From sequence record DRR723986_9065: a DNA stretch of 59,043 bases, one strand, 5' to 3'. Position numbers and translations under genes: made by a program. Below the pieces are notes generated by a model. That model had not been told where the DNA came from and did no database searches. It saw only the letters and a list, made by a program, of their open reading frames with translations. Below, in pieces: positions 56,862 through 59,043 of this stretch. The stretch's first letter is position 1. Every line of letters starts with the position of its first letter.

Positions 56862-58658
56862 TTAGAAATCAATTTTCCCACCTCTTTTTCGCTCAGCTTC
56901 TCTTAAGAATATTTTTCTCAATCTGATCGATTCGGGAGTCAGTTCCACATATTCATCTTCTTGAATATATTCTAAAGCTTCCTCTAAAGAAAAGGTTTTT
57001 GGTGGAATTACTTTCGTCTTCTCATCCGTTCCAGACTTACGCATATTGGTAAGCTGTTTGGTTTTAGTAACGTTAATTACTAAATCTCCAGCCTTGGAGT
57101 TTTCACCAATTACCTGACCTTCATATATATCAACGTTTGGCTCAATGAAAAATTTTCCACGATCTTGTAATTTATTCAACGAGAACGGTACACTTGAACC
57201 TTTTTCCATTGAAATTAGCGATCCATTTAATCTACCAGGAATCTCACCTCTATGTGGTTCGTATCCTGTAAATCTATGTGTCACAACGGCTTCACCACCT
57301 GTTTGAGTCATCATTAAACTTCTTAATCCAATGATACCTCTTGATGGAATAGAGAATTTACAAATCATTCTGGCACCTTTTGGCTCCATACTTACCATCT
57401 CACCTTTTCTTTTGGTTACAGCATCAATTGCTGTACCAGAAAATTCTTCAGGTAAATCAATTGTAAGATCTTCTATTGGCTCACAGGTTACGCCGTCAAT
57501 ATCTTTTAAAATTACTTGTGGTTGACCCACTTGAACTTCATAGCCTTCACGTCTCATGGTTTCAAGTAATACAGACAAGTGCATAACTCCACGTCCGAAA
57601 ACGTTCCATTTATCAGCTGAATTCGTTGGTTCAACTTTAAGTGCTAAGTTTTTCTCTAATTCTTTTTCTAAACGATCATTTATATGTCTTGAAGTCACAA
57701 ATTTTCCTTCTTTACCGAAAAACGGTGAATCGTTAATTGTAAACAACATTGACATTGTTGGCTCATCTATCGAGAATGGAGCTAAAGGATCTGGATTTTC
57801 AAAATCACAAATCGAATCTCCAATATCAAAACCTTCAATTCCAGTAATCGCACAAATGTCTCCAACTTGAACTTCTTCAACTTTTCTTTTTTCTAACCCT
57901 TCAAAAACAAACACCTCTTTGATTTTATGCTTTTGCAATGAACCGTCACGTTTAGAAAGCATGATTTGTTGGTTTGGTGCTAAAGTTCCTCTTGTTAAAC
58001 GTCCAATAGCAATTCTCCCGACAAAAGATGAGTAATCTAAAGATGTGATTAACATTTGAGTAGTTCCCTCGTCAAATTTCTTTGGCGGAAAGTAATCAAG
58101 TATTACATCAAGAATTGTGTCAATTGAATCAGTTGGTTTTTGCCAGTCTTTTGACATCCAACCATTTTTAGCCGAACCGTAGACGGTTTCAAATTCTAAT
58201 TGCTCCTCATTGGCATCTAATTCGAACATGAGTTCAAATACTTTTTCATGAACCTCTTCTGGAGTACAGTTTTCTTTGTCTACTTTATTAATTACTAAAA
58301 GCGGTTTTAATCCTAACTCTAATGCTTTTTGCAAAACAAATCGTGTTTGCGGCATTGGGCCTTCAAAGGCATCAACTAGAAGACAAACGCCATCAGCCAT
58401 GTTCAGAACACGCTCAACTTCACCACCAAAATCACTGTGGCCAGGTGTGTCAATAATGTTGATTTTAGTATCCTTATAAAAAACAGATACGTTTTTGGAA
58501 GTAATCGTAATTCCTCTTTCTCTTTCCAAAGGGTTACTGTCCATGATTAATTCACCAGAACTTTTGATGGGGTTTTTACCCGCTTCAATCATTCTGTCTA
58601 CCAAAGTTGTTTTACCGTGGTCAACGTGTGCGATAATCGCAATGTTTCTTAGTTCCAT
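56862..58658 (-). CDS. typA: Translational GTPase TypA/BipA
   Basis: [67 protein letters not shown]. Confidence 0.99.
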   Translation of the reverse strand: MELRNIAIIAHVDHGKTTLVDRMIEAGKNPIKSSGELIMDSNPLERERGITITSKNVSVFYKDTKINIIDTPGHSDFGGEVERVLNMADGVCLLVDAFEGPMPQTRFVLQKALELGLKPLLVINKVDKENCTPEEVHEKVFELMFELDANEEQLEFETVYGSAKNGWMSKDWQKPTDSIDTILDVILDYFPPKKFDEGTTQMLITSLDYSSFVGRIAIGRLTRGTLAPNQQIMLSKRDGSLQKHKIKEVFVFEGLEKRKVEEVQVGDICAITGIEGFDIGDSICDFENPDPLAPFSIDEPTMSMLFTINDSPFFGKEGKFVTSRHINDRLEKELEKNLALKVEPTNSADKWNVFGRGVMHLSVLLETMRREGYEVQVGQPQVILKDIDGVTCEPIEDLTIDLPEEFSGTAIDAVTKRKGEMVSMEPKGARMICKFSIPSRGIIGLRSLMMTQTGGEAVVTHRFTGYEPHRGEIPGRLNGSLISMEKGSSVPFSLNKLQDRGKFFIEPNVDIYEGQVIGENSKAGDLVINVTKTKQLTNMRKSGTDEKTKVIPPKTFSLEEALEYIQEDEYVELTPESIRLRKIFLREAERKRGGKIDF

Positions 58659-58663
58659 TTTTA

Positions 58664-58698
58664 TTTTAGATTATAGATGCTAGAATCTAGAGTTTAGA
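58664..58698 (-). repeat. Five tandem TCTAnnn heptamers directly after the four-helix-bundle stop codon
   Basis: Minus strand TAA tctaaac tctagat tctagca tctataa tctaaaa taaaa ATG(typA). Confidence 0.85.
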
Positions 58699-59043
58699 TT
58701 ATTTTAATCTTGACCTAAAGGCTCTAATCATCTTTTGAATCTCAATTAATTCATTTATTATTTTATCAAATTCCTTTTCTGTAATATTTCCAATTCTATT
58801 GGCAATAATTAGTTGTGTTTCTAACTCAAAAGCAGATCCAAGCGCAATATCTAAAAATCTGGAAAACTCTTTGTCTGTAGTTCTCACAGAGCCCTCAGCA
58901 ATGTTTGAGGGGACCGAGACTGCACTTCTAACAATCTGACTAGTCAACTCGAATCTTTCAGAAGTTGGGAAAGTTTTACTGAGTTCAATTATTTCTATAC
59001 TGAACTCTAAGCTTCTTTTCCATATTTCTATATTTTTAAAATT
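58699..59043 (-). CDS. Four helix bundle protein (23S rRNA IVP / TIGR02436-like); start lies just beyond the window
   Basis: The frame stays open to the window edge: NFKNIEIWKRS...FP.SERFELTSQI.RSAVSVPSNIAEG......F.RFL.IALGSAFELETQL. Confidence 0.93.
   Translation of the reverse strand, partial: NFKNIEIWKRSLEFSIEIIELSKTFPTSERFELTSQIVRSAVSVPSNIAEGSVRTTDKEFSRFLDIALGSAFELETQLIIANRIGNITEKEFDKIINELIEIQKMIRAFRSRLK

Noticed and set aside
58629..58642. TTGCGATTATCGCA inside typA matches the core of the 42390 palindrome
   Set aside because: It encodes the conserved IAIIA of the GTPase G1 region, so coincidence is sufficient.
5890..58683. Numerous 60-105 aa ORFs nested in or antisense to long genes (e.g. 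5890..6150, 28522..28809, 37526..37840, 57556..57870)
   Set aside because: Shadow ORFs fully overlapping well-supported genes, with no independent motifs or expression signals.
58699..59043. 23S rRNA intervening sequence or diversity-generating retroelement (Avd-like gene)
   Set aside because: No rRNA sequence, reverse transcriptase or TR/VR repeat pair is visible in the window.

Overview
AT-rich bacterial chromosome segment from a member of Bacteroidota, most consistent with Flavobacteriales (Crocinitomicaceae-like by inference). Evidence for the phylum: TAnnTTTG -7 promoter boxes, T9SS cargo C-terminal domains, Gln-start signal peptides, DUF2795-secA linkage and a SecA C-tail lacking the zinc motif. 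The window is mostly core genome: secA, murB, trhO, rlmB, CCA-adding enzyme, tsaC, typA, paaABCD plus a detached paaI, comA-DUF368, an RND efflux operon, an MMPL transporter, peptidases and four T9SS-secreted proteins. I see no rRNA, tRNA, CRISPR array, prophage or transposase. Best leads: (1) a T9SS type-B cargo whose predicted mature N-terminus is His followed by an H-W-H motif, a candidate new histidine-brace metal domain; (2) an identical-spacing ECF-sigma-like motif (AAGCAACC-N15-CGTYT) upstream of both type-B-CTD surface-protein genes, about 32 kb apart; (3) a tandem pair of unknown CsgG/TolB_N-like plus beta-barrel outer-membrane proteins sharing a perfect 9-1-9 palindrome with a divergent RND operon; (4) heptamer-repeat tracts, one flanking a four-helix-bundle gene and one apparently empty site; (5) comA coupled to DUF368. 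All family assignments come from motif recognition, not database searches.
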